Notes under the pieces: generated by a model
Seen by the model: only the letters and a program-made list of their open reading frames with translations
Databases searched by the model: none
What the model was told of the DNA's origin: nothing
Program-made: the position numbers and the translations under genes
Assembly (NCBI GenBank): GCA_964016885.1
Contig: OZ024740.1
Location: 292,702,001 to 292,766,000, forward strand
Direction: 5' to 3'
DNA: 64,000 bases
Origin: Eledone cirrhosa
Lineage: Eukaryota
Part shown: positions 36,478 to 49,850 of the stretch, one piece after another
Numbering within the stretch: position 1 is the stretch's first letter
How the letters are laid out: every line of letters begins with the position of its first letter

Positions 36478-36875
36478 ATACCTTCCTGCCAGATGATTGA
36501 ACGTCTGAAAGTATATACTTTCTTTATACATATTAACGGCTGAGCAGCCTAATTTGCATATCGAGTGAGTTAGTCGGACGGGCGCACCGAAAATGTTATA
36601 ATAAATGTTCGGTAAACCCATACATACATATATATATGTGTGCATGTTTGTATATATATACATACTACTGTACGTCTGTACGTATACATACATACTTACA
36701 TTTAAGTATCAGCCGTACTAAGAGTGATGAAATGAAATTTCGTTTCATTCTATTCCATTTATCGTTTTCGGTGTGCCCGGCCGACTAACTCACTGGATAT
36801 TCAAATTAGGCTGCTCAGCCGTTAATATGTATAAGGAAAGTATATACTTTCAGACGTTCAATCATCTGGCAGGAT

Positions 36876-36918
36876 ACGATGCTGACGATAGCTAATAAGC
36901 TTGAAACTAGTAGATCGT
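36876..36918 (+). ncRNA. Minimal hammerhead ribozyme (mirror copy, one stem I mismatch)
   Basis: acgatg-CTGACGA-tagctaataagctt-GAAA-CTAG-TA-gatcgt. Confidence 0.7.
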
Positions 36919-37129
36919 TCCTGTGTCAGTGTTGAACAAAAAGGCGAAGATGGTTGCCTGAACACTGTACGGCGTAATTCGGGCTGTTTGTTTGTTTATT
37001 TCCTATTACCCACCCTATTATCCTAAGTGTCGAGTACTCTGAGCATTATGGTCCACCTGGTATCTTACCACACCTTCTTTGCTATATATATATATATATA
37101 TATATACACTATTAGAAATCTGTACTTAC

Positions 37130-37235
37130 CTTCATCACTGACAATTGTGATAATAGTACGATTTGCTCTTCCGATTTCAGCACCACATGTTGGATCACTT
37201 AACTCCAGTTGAAAGTTCAAGTCACTCTTTCCACT
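37130..37235 (-). CDS. SLC8A: NCX-like exon: CBD2 strands F-G
   Basis: SGKSDLNFQLELSDPTCGAEIGRANRTIITIVSDE; gacag / gtaagt; 106 nt, phase 0-1, fits both neighbours; missed by the ORF track. Confidence 0.92.
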
Positions 37236-38677
37236 CTGTCAAATGTACAATTATAATGTTAAAATATCAAAGTAAAATAATACGTTCGACACGAAACAAT
37301 TGACGAATTAATCTCAACACTTAAACTTACAAAACTCTTCAAGAATATGGACGTACTAAGAAAGTACCAGAACTATATTTGTATTTTCCTAAAAAAGTCA
37401 GATCCAGTGTAAAAATAGTAAACATTCAACACAAGTGCATACTTACACACACGTACTCATACACTCTTCTCACATATACATACTCATGCACAGGAACACT
37501 GCACACACACACACACACAAATACGCCCGCACACACACACACACAAATACACGCCCCCCCCCCACACACACACCACGCTCAAACTTGTTTCATAAATTGA
37601 AACGAAATATAAAAGAAAGCTAAAATTTAAGTCTGGTATTTCTCCGTACGAGACCTAAGTTATTTTAAATAAAAAAATAAAGAAAAGTTCATACACAAGT
37701 AAGTTAATTAGGATTCTATCGATTATAACATCTGAGCTAGTTTATTGTAAAAGAAGTAGCATAAACATAGATGAAAGAAGAGTTCGTTAACTGCATTTGC
37801 TGAGAAGAGTAAAGATACTAACCTGATGAACTCTGACCCTTCGTTTTACCGAGTAAGACAGAAAAAAGAAGTAATTTTGCTTTAAGTTGTAGGCAACATT
37901 TTTCTAGCTTATAACCAAAGCAACGACACTACTACCTCCATCTTCTGACGTAGTCTCAAACGAAGGGCAAGGAACTGAATTGTTAAACTCTTCAATCCTC
38001 ACAGTAATCTTAACTATCGAATATCTCCTATTGGATCTACATAAGGACTGACTGTTAGGAATACGGACCATCAAATTCCGGATTTTCCTCTATAATACTG
38101 TTAGTTAACTCTAGTTAAACCACGTATTTGATCAGATTAATTGCATTAATGAGAACAAATCAATATCAATTCTATCCTAAAGTCTGTTTCATGCCAGGAG
38201 GCTTGTCAGACCGATGCTTATCACGGTTTCATGGCATGAAGCGACTGAGAGTTCAAGACTCGCCCCTGGACAATATATGAAAATAGTGTAGATTTTTGTC
38301 CAGTTACTAATGAAGTAGAAGAATCTTTCCATCTTACTAATGTTTTTTCATAAATAGTCTATTTTTTACCGTTACTTTATTTCATGTGGCATAGTCAATA
38401 GATTCCAATGTAGCTAACGAGGATGCCTCTAAGTGGTCACTTGACATGCTAGAAATAGAATCTAAATCTCCCCCTCTCTCAAATCATATTTAAGAAAGGG
38501 AAGGATACATTGGATGTTATAGCCATATCTGTATTAGCGCTGAGAAGCCTCCTTCCCACAAGAAAACATGGGATAGTCATGCCGGAAAGGTCTTTGATTA
38601 TACCTCAGTTTAAGCCTAACTAAACTGGATAAACAAGAAAAGCAATAACAACAAAAATAAAAACAGCCAGTTTTAAT

Positions 38678-38925
38678 TGTGTTGGATTTACGATCGTAAT
38701 GTCGTGGGTTCGATTCCTGGGTTAGGTTGTGTGTTGTGTTCTTGAGAAAAAACACTTCATTTCACATTGCTTCAGCATATTCAGCTGAAAATGAGTACCA
38801 GTAATAGCCTGGGGTTTAACCCTGAGATGGACTGGTGTCCTGTTCAGTGGGGAGTCTTGTATTCTCAGTCGCTTCACGCCATGAAATCGTGATAAGCACC
38901 AGCTTGACGAGCATCCTGGCTTGAG
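38678..38925 (+). mobile_element. tRNA SINE with CORE-like and V-like domains
   Basis: Homolog of 31210-31465; gggttcgattcc B-box. Confidence 0.8.
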
Positions 38926-39036
38926 ACAGATCTTAAGATAGGAGAGTTACAACAACAAACACCAGTAGTTCTTCAGTTACGTTTTTGATTTCAATAATTA
39001 TTTTCTAAAGATTATTGGCAACACCATAATTCATAT

Positions 39037-40528
39037 AATTGTTTCTACTTTTGGCACAAGGCCAGCAATTACCCATAATTCATATAATGAATGTTTTTTT
39101 CTGTATTATCTTAATAATTCTTTCTAACATTAGCACGAGGTCGGCAATTTGGGGAAAGAGAAAAGCTCCCTCTTGGGAGTCCGACGCTCTGCCAATCCAC
39201 CCTTCTTCTAATAACCATAATAATGGTTTCTTATATAGGCACAAGGTCAATAATTTTTTGGGGGGGAGGGGAAAGTCGATTAAATCGACTTCAGTACGTG
39301 ACTGGTGCTTTATTTTATCGACCCCGTAAGGATGAAAGGCAAAGTTAGCCTCGGTGGGATTTGAAATCAGGCCGTAAAGGGCCGTAACTCTATGCTGCAA
39401 AGCATGGTGTCTGACTCTCTATCAATACTGCCAATCCACCGCCCTTCTAATAACCCTAATAATAATAATGATTTCTACAATAGGAAGGGATGTCGATTTA
39501 ATCGACATCAGTGCATTACTGGTACTTTATTTTATCGACCCCGTAAGGATGAAAGGCAAAGATATCCTCGATGGGATTTGAAAGCAGAACGTAAAGGGCC
39601 GTAACTCTATGCTGCGAAGAATGTTGTCCGGCGCTCTATCGATACTGCCAATTCGCTGCCCTGTATTATGTTAATAATAGAATTTATCTCTGCTAGCGGA
39701 AACATAGTTTCTCATTACATATATTTAAATATTGTGGTTGTATATCACATATTCATATTTCCCTGTTATATTCAAAACTCACTCATACGTCTCTTAGATT
39801 CAACATTTGTGTAGATAATGCAATTATTATGTAGACAATTCTGGTTCACTGGAGACTCTAGGCTTCAAAATGCAACTCGATACAGTCCGAGAACTGATCA
39901 AGTTGTTTATTTAAGGGTCGTACGCCATGCTTTCTAGCATAGAGTTACGGCTCTTGCCATTCTGAGTTCAAATCCTGCCGAGGTCAACTTTGCCTTTCAT
40001 CCTTACGGGGTCGATAAAATAAAGTACCAGTAATGCACTGGGTAATTGCTGGCCTTGTGCCAAAAGTAGAAATAATTAAATCTATACTGGGCTTAGTATA
40101 GCCATTATCACATTAATTCTACTCGAGAATTACATTCAGGGAACACTAGTCAATGTAATACTCAGACACTTACTCCCTAATTCAATGATCAGGTAGTTCA
40201 GTGGATTTAACAACTCAATAATCATTGTTCAAACCGACAAAGATGTAATTAGTGAGTTTAGATTCATGGCTAAATTGGTACTGCTTAAATAATTGTTTCT
40301 ACTTTAGGCACAAGGCCAGAAATTTGAGGGGGGGGGGGAGTCTATTAAATGGAACCCAGTGCATTACTGGTGTTTTATTTTATCGATCACGTAAGGATTT
40401 GAACTCAGAACCTAAAGGGTCGTACTGTTTAAATAATTGTTCCTACGTTTGGCACAAGGCCAGCAATTATCCCAGTGCATTAATGGTGCTTTATTTTATC
40501 GACCATGAAAGGCAAAGTTAACCTCGTC
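39037..40528. mobile_element. Cluster of Meta-like SINEs in both orientations
   Basis: Minus copies at about 39222-39442, 39490-39660 and 40290-40528; plus copy at 39915-40076. Confidence 0.8.
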
Positions 40529-40649
40529 TAATAAAAATAAAATGCTTAGCTAGAATACTTTTGTTAACATTTTTATATTTTTTCTACAGAATTGATTATT
40601 TCTCTTTCAATATCACCATCGAAGGTGACGGATAAATACTATTCAGGTT

Positions 40650-40752
40650 CTAAGCAATTAAATACTATTGAGGCCCTAAGCAATTAAATACTATTGAGGC
40701 CCTAAGCAATTAAATATTATTGAGGCCTTAAGCAATTAAAATATTATAGACC
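40650..40752. repeat. 26-bp tandem repeat, 4 copies
   Basis: ctaagcaattaaatactattgaggcc. Confidence 0.9.
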
Positions 40753-42121
40753 TGCCCCACCCCTATATAAAGTCTATAAACATACAAATTATTTTTTGGA
40801 ATGAAAAATAAATTAATTTGAATAAAACGGTGCTTCCCTTCCCTTGATGTCCTTATCATGTATTTATTTTCCCTAATGGTTAGTTCATTCCTTCCTACTA
40901 GGAAGATTTTAATCATAATTAAAAACAAATAATTTCAATTTATTTACCCTTACTCTTGCCTTTGTCAAGAACTGAACCCCTGTAAAAATGGTTCTTTCTC
41001 AATCTTGAAATAATTATGAATATTCTAGAATTTAATTATGGAAATTTATTCACGATAATGACGACGTCCGTCAAACACGACTACATTTATGAGATAACGA
41101 GTACATTTAAATTAGAATTATTAAGAACGGTTACATGTTTATTATCAATAATGTATTTAATTTTAAAACAACTTCCAGTTTTATTAATTGGAAATAATCT
41201 TTGATAAAAATCTAAGCTGGAGTATATCAATTGCAGTCAGAAATTGAAGATTGCCTGTTTAGTCGATATTAGTATTCCACCTTAAAGTATTGAGTATACG
41301 TCACATAATTAAAAAAGTAACATTCTCGCACCACACACACATTATGTATAGAGATCTTATTTTGTATAATTTCATTCACATCGAAGATGTATTATAAGAA
41401 TAAAAATTGATCCTAGTATTTTACTCGTATTTATTCTTAACGATTTGCAAGGGATGAAAGACAAAAATTGAAGTCAGCGAGATTCGAACTAAGAACGTGA
41501 AGGGCATGAAGTATCGATCAACCAGTACGTGGAATATCAATACAAAACGTTTTGGATGACTTTGTTTCTGAGGTATAAACCTCAGCCAACTTAGTTATTG
41601 GAAATAGATTTAAAAATTTTAGGGAATAATGTCTACTGAGACTAACAAGGAGTATCTGTATAAGAAGAAATCGACGGAATTATTCCAAAAGACAAACACC
41701 TTGAGATAACCGAATATTCTACAAATCACACCATATTGTTTTTAAAAATGAAAGGACATATTGGATAATGTTGTCTGGAAAAAAGATAGGATGGTCATAG
41801 GGGGAAAGTTTTTGATCATAAATTTGCTCCATTAAGGCCAAGCTGGGAATAAACAACGAGGATTTACGTGGTCACATGACGTGTTAGGAATAGCAGTCTA
41901 ATACTCAGAAAAACATATCTCACTAATGTAAAGTGAAAAACAACAAAGAACACTGTAGGTAAATGTAGTCTTAGGTACGTTGTTAGCCATGGCTGAAATG
42001 CATTTGATAATATGTCTTATCGATCAAGATTAACCCTGGCATAAGAAATAACAACTGCAAGAAAACGCGTATAAATTATAAAAAAAAAAAAGACAAGCAG
42101 AAGATTTGAAATTAAATTTAC

Positions 42122-42351
42122 TTTGCCCAATATTGGAATATTGATATCTTTACTCGTCTCGCCGTGAGCAAAAGTCAAAACACCATTTCCACCAACGAAA
42201 TCAGTGCCATCTGTTGCAGATATCGGACTTGTCTGCCATGATACCATTATTTCCCCATCGGCACCGTTTACACGGTTAACTGTAGCAAGTGCGTTTGGGA
42301 GACTTTCTTTCACCACGTAGCTCGGCTTGCTAAACTCGAGTCGTCCAGGTT
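42122..42351 (-). CDS. SLC8A: NCX-like exon: Calx-beta domain 2, strands A-E
   Basis: (E)PGRLEFSKPSYVVKES...VNRVNGADGEIMVSWQT...ATDGTDF....GVLTFAHGETSKDINIPILGK; tttccag / gtaaat; 230 nt, phase 1-0. Confidence 0.94.
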
Positions 42352-42423
42352 CTGGAAAGATTAAAAAACAACAACATACACATTTATTACTGTATACAAA
42401 TATTATATAATAATAATAATAAT

Positions 42424-42623
42424 GATTTCTACTATAGGCACAGAGCCAGCAATTGTGGGAGAGGGAAAAGTCGATTAAGTCGACACCAGTGCATTACTGG
42501 TGTTTTATTTTATCGACCTCTGTAAGGATGACAGGCAAAGGGATTTGAACTCAGAATGTAAATAGCAGTAACTCTATGCTGCAAAGCATGGTGCCCGACA
42601 CTCTACCGATTCTGCCAATCGCC
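42424..42623 (-). mobile_element. tRNA-derived SINE (Meta-like)
   Basis: Reverse copy. Confidence 0.8.
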
Positions 42624-42654
42624 CGTTATAATATAATAATAGCAATAATAATGA

Positions 42655-45600
42655 TTTCATTTATTAGCCACAAGGGCCGACATGTAGGGGACAATACAAA
42701 GACAGGGACAGTGGGGGTTTACAATAAGGTCGAGTAAAAGTGCACAATAGCAAGACTAATTTAACAATAAAAATATAAAATAAACTATGCATAAATATAA
42801 CAAAATAAATTCCCCGATAGGGGGTGGACGACCCTGTGGTGATTCGGGTACCCCACCAATCCTGAACCACCCTGCGCTTCTAGGACACCCAGGGAGAGCA
42901 CCCCTCTCCTCAAGTTAGCTAGCCTATAGGCGCATGGTCAGAGTAGGCCCATTCACACGAGCCATTCTCGCCACATTCACCCACCTTTTAGCAAATGTAC
43001 TGGGGGCAGCACTTCTCTCTCCACCCTCACCTTCCTTTCCAGGTGAAACTTGAAGAAGTTGATGAGGGATTGGCCGAAGAGAAAAGTGTCTGTCTTTAGT
43101 CCTTTCAACCTGGTCCACCATATAATCTCTTTCGCAACTGCCACCAGACAGAGGAAAATTTCCTGCTCTTCCTGACCTAAGGAAGGCGGTGGATCGATCT
43201 TCACTATGGACTCGGCCGATAGCCGGATTCGTTCCACACGCGACAGTAGCTGTTCGACATAACTCCACAAGTCAGTAATGCACGGACATTGAACAGAACG
43301 GTTTCGTCGTTCTGTGCGCATCTTGGGCAGGTCCATCTGACAGCACTTCCGTGCCTGTAGAGTTTATCCCGAACCGGCAGTTCCCCCCCCCCCCCCGGTA
43401 GCACTGCCAAGCGAGGGATTTCTGGAAATTGTCCATCGTCCCCGGCTCAAAAGTCCTCCGGTACAGACTGGTCAGTTCGACTTTGTCGAGGCCCAAAGCT
43501 TCTCCGAGTGCGTCATCGCACTTGCCCACCACTAATCCTCTATAGAACTCGAGAGTGGAAGTTCCACTGATCGCATTGCCCGCTTGGTAGAGGGCCGTGA
43601 GTGCCTGGCAACATTCCAGATACCAGTCACCCAGTCTCGGTCTCTTCTTGACCCAGGACTGCAGCTCAGTCAAAGAAATGAGCTCCGGAAAGGCCCGTCT
43701 GATAAACGGCGACCACACCTGTTCACCGTTGAGGTAGAATATCAGGAGATGTCGCAACCTCAACGCATGTCTGCGCATCATTAGCCACGGCATGCCCAGC
43801 CCTCCGCGTAGAGGGTGCTGGCAGCAGATGGACCGCCTCATCAACGGAACTTGTCCCCTCCACAAGAATTTGAAGAGGAGCCGTTCCAGCTTGACGAGGC
43901 GCGGACGGAGGCAAGGCACGACGGTCAGACGGTAGTAGATGACGGACACGATGTACGCATTCGCCACCTCCGCGCGACCTTTCAGTGATAGCTTCCTCCC
44001 AGCCCATTTTTGGGTGAGACTGGCTACTCTGCTCGTTACCTCGTCCCAATTCTTTTCCACCTGGAGGTCTGGTCCGAACCAAACCCCGAGCAACTTTACC
44101 GGTCCGTCCGTCCAGCGCCCCACGACGCTGTTGGACGGCATGGGCTTGCCTCTCCAGGTTCCGAGCTGCAAGCCCACGGACTTTTCCGGGTTAAGTTTGG
44201 CTCCTGTCAACCTTTCATATTCCTTCAATAAGGTGCCGAAACCTCGATTTCTGAGGTGTTCGATACCATCACGGTGATGTCGTCCGCATAAGCCGACACC
44301 GCCTTTCCACGTCCCGGTTCGAGCGGGATGCCCTGCAACAGCTCCAGCTTCCGCATTAAAGGCTCGAGAGTCAATACGCACAGAAGGGAAGAAAGAGGAC
44401 ACCCTTGACGGACCGATCGGGAGAGCCGAAATGGTTCCGAGAGGTGGCCATTAATCTTGACCACCGAGCGTGTGCCGCTGTGCATTGGAACGATCCAGCT
44501 TCTAAAGACAGGGCCGAAGCCAGCTGCTTTGAGGACAAACTCCAGATACCGATGGTCGACCCTATCGAATGCTTTCGATTGATCTAAATTGATCATTGCC
44601 CCACCGAAGCCAGGTTTACACCCTACCCTCTCTATGATGTATCGCATGAGGTGGAGATTGTCGTGTATCGACCTGGCTGGGATTGCGCAAGTTTGCGCCT
44701 CCCCAACCAAATCCTCGACGACAAGCGCCAATCTCTTTGCTAACACCTTGGCCAAAATCTTAAACTCTGTGTTGAGCAGAGTTATGGGCCTGAAGTTGTC
44801 TAATGTATCCCTCTTGTTCTCGTCTTTCCTTATCAGCGTCACCACTCCCCTGCTCACAGAACTGGGAATACTCCCATTCTGCTGCCAGTTGCTGTAGAGT
44901 GCTTCGAGGAGTTCGGAGAACAAGTCTGGCATATTTACGTAAAGCTCGTAGGGCAGGCCATCCAAACCGGGTGACTTGCGCCTCATGCAGCCGACAAGGG
45001 CGTCCTGAATTTCGGCTGAAGTAATCGGCCTTTCGCAGCGCTCAGCGTCGACCGTCGAGATGCGCGGCAAGCCGTCAAGGTAGGGACTGAAATCCGCTAC
45101 TCTCTCTGACTCACCACTCTTCCAGAACAACCGAGCAAAGTGCTGGCGAAAGGCCTCACACATCCGCTTGGAATCGCTTATCTCGTGTCCGTCTCGGTCC
45201 GCCAAAGACCGAATTGTGGTTTTATTACCACGCTGCGCCTCCACCACGCGGGCCCATCGAACAGCTTTATTTCCCTCGTTTCTCAGCGCACGCGCCTTAG
45301 CTCTGACAATGCAACCTTCGTGTTTGGCATTGAAGAAATGGTCTAATGCCATTCTCGCCGCTAGCACATCAGTTGCGATGCCACTACAAATAGCCTCGTC
45401 TAACCAGCTCCCTCTCCTTTCTATTTTTCTCTAACGCTAGGTCTTTGCTGAACTCTATCGAAGTTACTCTAATCTCTCTTTTGAGAGGCACCCACCATCT
45501 GTTGTTGATGATCCCCCCTGTCAACTTTTGCTTAACTAAATTGTAAGCTTCCAGTAACCCGGTCCTAACCTACGCGTTTTATTTAGGTCGACCGTACAGA

Positions 45601-46520
45601 TCACAAATTTGTGATCTGAATATGCGACCGTCTTAAAAAGTGGACAGCCCATACTATTTCTATCTATTTTCCTAATGAAGATCCTGTCTATATACGATCT
45701 AGATGACCCCATTCGGTTGGTCCATGTCCATACTGGCACATTGGGGAAATCTAGTCGATACCTGTCAGACAGTTGGAACTGGCTGAGTAGGTGCTTGAGG
45801 CTTTTGCACCCCCCGCTCCTATCGGCTACTCCCACTTAATCCCAGCGTGCCTCTAAGATGCCATTCCAGTCCCCCGCTAACAGTAAAGGGCGAGACGTAC
45901 CCAGAAAGGTCTCCAGGCGCCTAAAGAAGTTAGGTCGTCCGGCCCCCGTAGGGGCGTAGACGGCCAGCAGTCTAAAGGCACCACCTTCGCTACTGCTCAC
46001 ATCCAAGACCACCAACTTACCGTCCGGGTCCCGGAAGATCGACCTTACCTCGAGATCCAGTCCTTTCCTAAACAGCACTGCCACCCCACCCCCCATTCCC
46101 GGCCTGCTAACAGATGCGAAGATCTGATAGTCGTCGAAAATGGGGGCTAGTGCGCGCGTGTCGGAAATTCTGGTCTCGCTTACGGCAATCACATCCATTT
46201 CCAGCGACCGGAGGTCGTTGAGCAGGCGACCCTGCTTCCATGGTGACCCCAGGCCGCGAACATTTAAACTTCCTACTCTTAATATGGCCATATTGGTAAG
46301 CTAAGAGAGAGAGAGGGAAGGTTTACTTACCTCCCGGGTCTTGTGAAGGTCGGGTGGTTCGACCTCCATGGTTTCTTTTGGGAACCCCTTTAAAAGTCTT
46401 GATGTGGGTTTCACATTCGGGGTTCCCACGTCTTGAGGAAAGCTCTCTCGAATTTCTTTGAAGGAATTGAGTGACATTCGGACCAGAAGCAAATCTTCTG
46501 GCACGCAAAATGTGCTCATT
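42655..46520 (-). mobile_element. Tx1/L1-clade LINE, near-complete frameshifted ORF2 (APE-RT-zf) plus end of ORF1
   Basis: SLNVRGL, AVSET, GDWN, YIDRIF, SDH, KSPGLDGLP, NFRPITLLN, DQSKAFDRV, RQGCPLS, AYADD, CPRC; AATAAA and (ATT)n tail at 42655. Confidence 0.95.
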
Positions 46521-46834
46521 TCAGAAGATGAAGCAGAAATGAAGTATCAATATAGCATCATTATGTTTATTCACACGTGACACGCGTTTCGTGATCAATC
46601 AGCTCAACGCACGATCAGTAGTGAATGTAAATATCTTTGCGACACCATTAAGGATACCGAGTACGGGGAAATAGCTAACGTAGACTAGACATCGACAGCC
46701 GGACCTATATTAGCATTGACTGCTCAAACTGGTGAACCAATAGTAACTAAACGTTACACACCAATACACTAGCCCCCCCCCCACGCACACACACACACAT
46801 ATATATATAGATATATATATACATATATATATAC

Positions 46835-46907
<73 letters not shown>

Positions 46908-46952
46908 TATACATATATATATATATATATAGATATATATGTATATAGATAA

Positions 46953-47029
46953 AGCTGTGATACATATTTCAATGACGACAGTAGCCACGCGATTCCGTGT
47001 ACCTAGTGCCATGATCTCATCAGACAACT
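46953..47029 (-). ncRNA. Hammerhead ribozyme type I
   Basis: agttgt-CTGATGA-gatcatggca...tgtcgtcatt-GAAA-TATGTA-TC-acagct; inside a small insert between TA tracts. Confidence 0.75.
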
Positions 47030-47093
47030 GCTTACATATTAAGGCTCCGTTCTCGAGGCAATCCATATATTTATATATATATATATATATATA

Positions 47094-47276
47094 TATAAGA
47101 TTTAGTATTGAAATGTCTTCTACAGGGCTAGAACTGTTTCATTCGAAAGAAATCATCAGGAAATGAAATAGTTCTAGTCCTGTAGAAGTCATTGCTATAT
47201 CAAATCTTGTATATACTCTACTGTATATTGAGTGTATTGAGTACCTTACTTACTCTGGTTATCCCCGATTGAACTC

Positions 47277-47277
<1 letters not shown>
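47094..47277. mobile_element. PLE remnant with fold-back hairpin
   Basis: Arms at about 47094-47143 and 47162-47213; shares the gtattgagtac motif with family A. Confidence 0.7.
47117..47163 (-). ncRNA. Hammerhead ribozyme type I
   Basis: tttc-CTGATGA-t ttc tttc gaa t-GAAA-CAG ttctagcc CTG-TA-gaag. Confidence 0.65.
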
Positions 47278-47347
<70 letters not shown>

Positions 47348-48619
47348 CCATCAGCCATAGCAGTACGCCACGCTTGTTTGAAACTCTTTCCAATTTACAT
47401 GGATAATGTTTTTCCTATCTTAATCAAATTGCTACAATAAATAATTCGCTTTCTAATTACAAGATTCTAACATTTGTCTCTGTAAATAGTTATTTCTCCA
47501 AAGTTACTCACATTTAACCTCATATGCTGTTTCTACATATACACTTATGTACAGCATTTATGGAACTAGGACTTTTTTAACATGCTGACGCGTATGTGTA
47601 TATGTGCGTGTGTGTGTGTGTGTACATGTGTATATACATATATTTATATGTATGACTATACAAATATAAACGCGCAGAGACACACTTACAAAATAACACA
47701 CTCACAGACATACATCCACACAAACGCACACATACATTCACACGAACACACACACATACATTTACACAGATACATACATACACATACACTCACACACATC
47801 GTAGCAAATGGAACGCTAACCACTGTTTTGTACTAGTTTTTTCACCATCCCCTCCCTTCCTTTCACACACGCATACATTCACACAAACACACACACACAC
47901 ACACAGACAACACACATTGTGTGACCGACGGACGGAAGTCGCTCAAATTTATATATAGATTGTATCCTAGAAATAAGTTACTAAACTATCATTCTTATTT
48001 TTAATCACTTCCACGTATCAGTAATCAAGATAAGCTATAGAATTTCTCTTATGCAAGCCATAAATTTATCAAAACACAAGTTTCTCAGTTTGCACGATTG
48101 TTCGTATATTCAGTAATCTTGGTATATATGGCATAGCAACCATGGACTCCAAAATGGAATACATATTACACACTTCATATAAATACATGTGTTAAAATGG
48201 AAGGGACCTTTGACTATTTTGGTGATTAGTGTTTCACTTGTTTAATCAACGGAATTACTTGCATGTGTACCCGTAACTTAATTCTCAGGGAGATTCAGCG
48301 TGATCAGTGTGTGTTACATTGCTGTCTCCTTTTTCCACTAAGTATTTTGAGTCTTTCTATTTATTCTTTAATTTCTCATTCTATTTTCTGTTGGAGGAGT
48401 ATCCGAAACGTTAAGATTCTTTTTCTACTATATCAAGCGTAAAACTAATAATATATTTCTTCATTGTATTGCGTCCTTTTGAAATACTGGTAGAATCCAT
48501 TTGACAGTTTTCGTGTATCCAATTTCAATCACAAGGCATGGGCTGACACGAGACCGTGGTAAATGATACCCGCCCTATGATTGCAACAGTGAGATCAAAC
48601 TGGGCTCATACGTATTGTC

Positions 48620-49850
48620 ATGTCTTCTTCTTCTTCTTGAGATGGTCTTGGAGTCAAAGTCCTGTAACACTCCTTCCGGAAGGGTCCTGTCAGTGGCAAC
48701 CGCCTCCAACTGGTTCGACTGGATCTCAGAGCTAGACCAACCAATCTCATGGATGTTATTCAACCATCTTGCTCGAGGTCTACCCTTGGGTCTCCTGCCG
48801 GTTGGTTTTGCCAGGGAAATTTATCCAGCGATTCTTTCCTGAAACATTCTAACCACATGTCCATAGTCTCGGAGCTGTCATCTTTCGATTCGGAGATGTA
48901 GCTGCTCTATCTGCAGTGACTCTCTGATCTCTGGGCTACGCATTCTATCTCCAAAGACCCTTCGCAGGAACCCCATTTCGGCCACTTGTATTCGCGATCG
49001 TATGCTTTCGGTCATTACCTAAGATTCATTACTATAGGTAAGAGTTAAAACGCATACCAAATAGAAGAATTTGAAAAGGCATATGACCGTAATGGTTAAG
49101 GTTGACACGAATACCGAATTGAAGATTGCGAGTTTGGTTTTTACGCCTATCTCCCTTCTGATTACTGAATGCTGAAGCTGGCGCATTACTGCACCAGCTC
49201 CTGCAATCTTTTCACTTAATTCAGCCTCCTGCCTCTCATCTCTTGTGAACATGTCCCCCGAGATAGTTGCTTCAAGGGACTATGAGAGGCAGGTCCATCC
49301 GGTACTTTGTTCCGGGGCCCAATAGGTAAGAAAGCCCCACAGCAACCATGCAACATCCATTTTGAGAAAAATCTTTGCTTGTTTTGGGCCCCAAAAGGGT
49401 CTTCTACTACCTTGCACAATTTCTCTTGGAGGCCCTCACTGCTTCAATGGAACTCCATTCATATATACAGAGCACTGCGCAGGTTTCCTTGAGAGGATGA
49501 GTGTCTCAGTTTTCGCAGCATTGATTTTCATTCCAGCCATGCAACACTCGACATCAAACCTATCAAGTGCAAGTCAGATATCACCTGTTAAGTTAAGTAA
49601 CCCCATGTCGTCTGCAAATTCCAGCGGACTGATTTTACATCCGCCAATCATGGTACCACTTCCTGCGCATGTTAATCTTGTTCATGAAAATAATGAACAG
49701 GGGAGGTGACAGTATAAACCCTTGGCGGAGTCCGACTCGCACATTGAATGGTTTCGACTTAGCACCATTTATCCGAGCACAAATACTCGGGCATTCGTAT
49801 AGAGACATCATGGCAACAAGAAGCTGACCATCGATCCCATACTCCTGCAA
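48620..49850 (-). mobile_element. Degenerate RTE LINE with (GAA)n tail and an insert at about 49260-49440
   Basis: GLRQGFILSPPLF, FADDM, RRPKGRPRARW; same family as 23668-25123. Confidence 0.85.

Larger units (their letters stand above)
36243..36998. mobile_element. Interleaved double-inverted PLE pLTR-like element
   Basis: A (36243-36383) with A' (36596-36704), B (36399-36592) with B' (36765-36998); A-like copy also at about 59010-59280. Confidence 0.75.

Noticed and set aside
37820-37870. CTGATGA followed by a short hairpin
   Set aside because: No stem III or stem I complement
19469-42623. tRNA genes suggested by A/B boxes
   Set aside because: They are SINE heads continuing into shared SINE bodies; no cloverleaf ends
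46574-46611. Hammerhead on minus strand (GAAA-CGCGTG-TC-acgtg)
   Set aside because: The 3' half is good but the CUGANGA core is disrupted; at best a decayed copy
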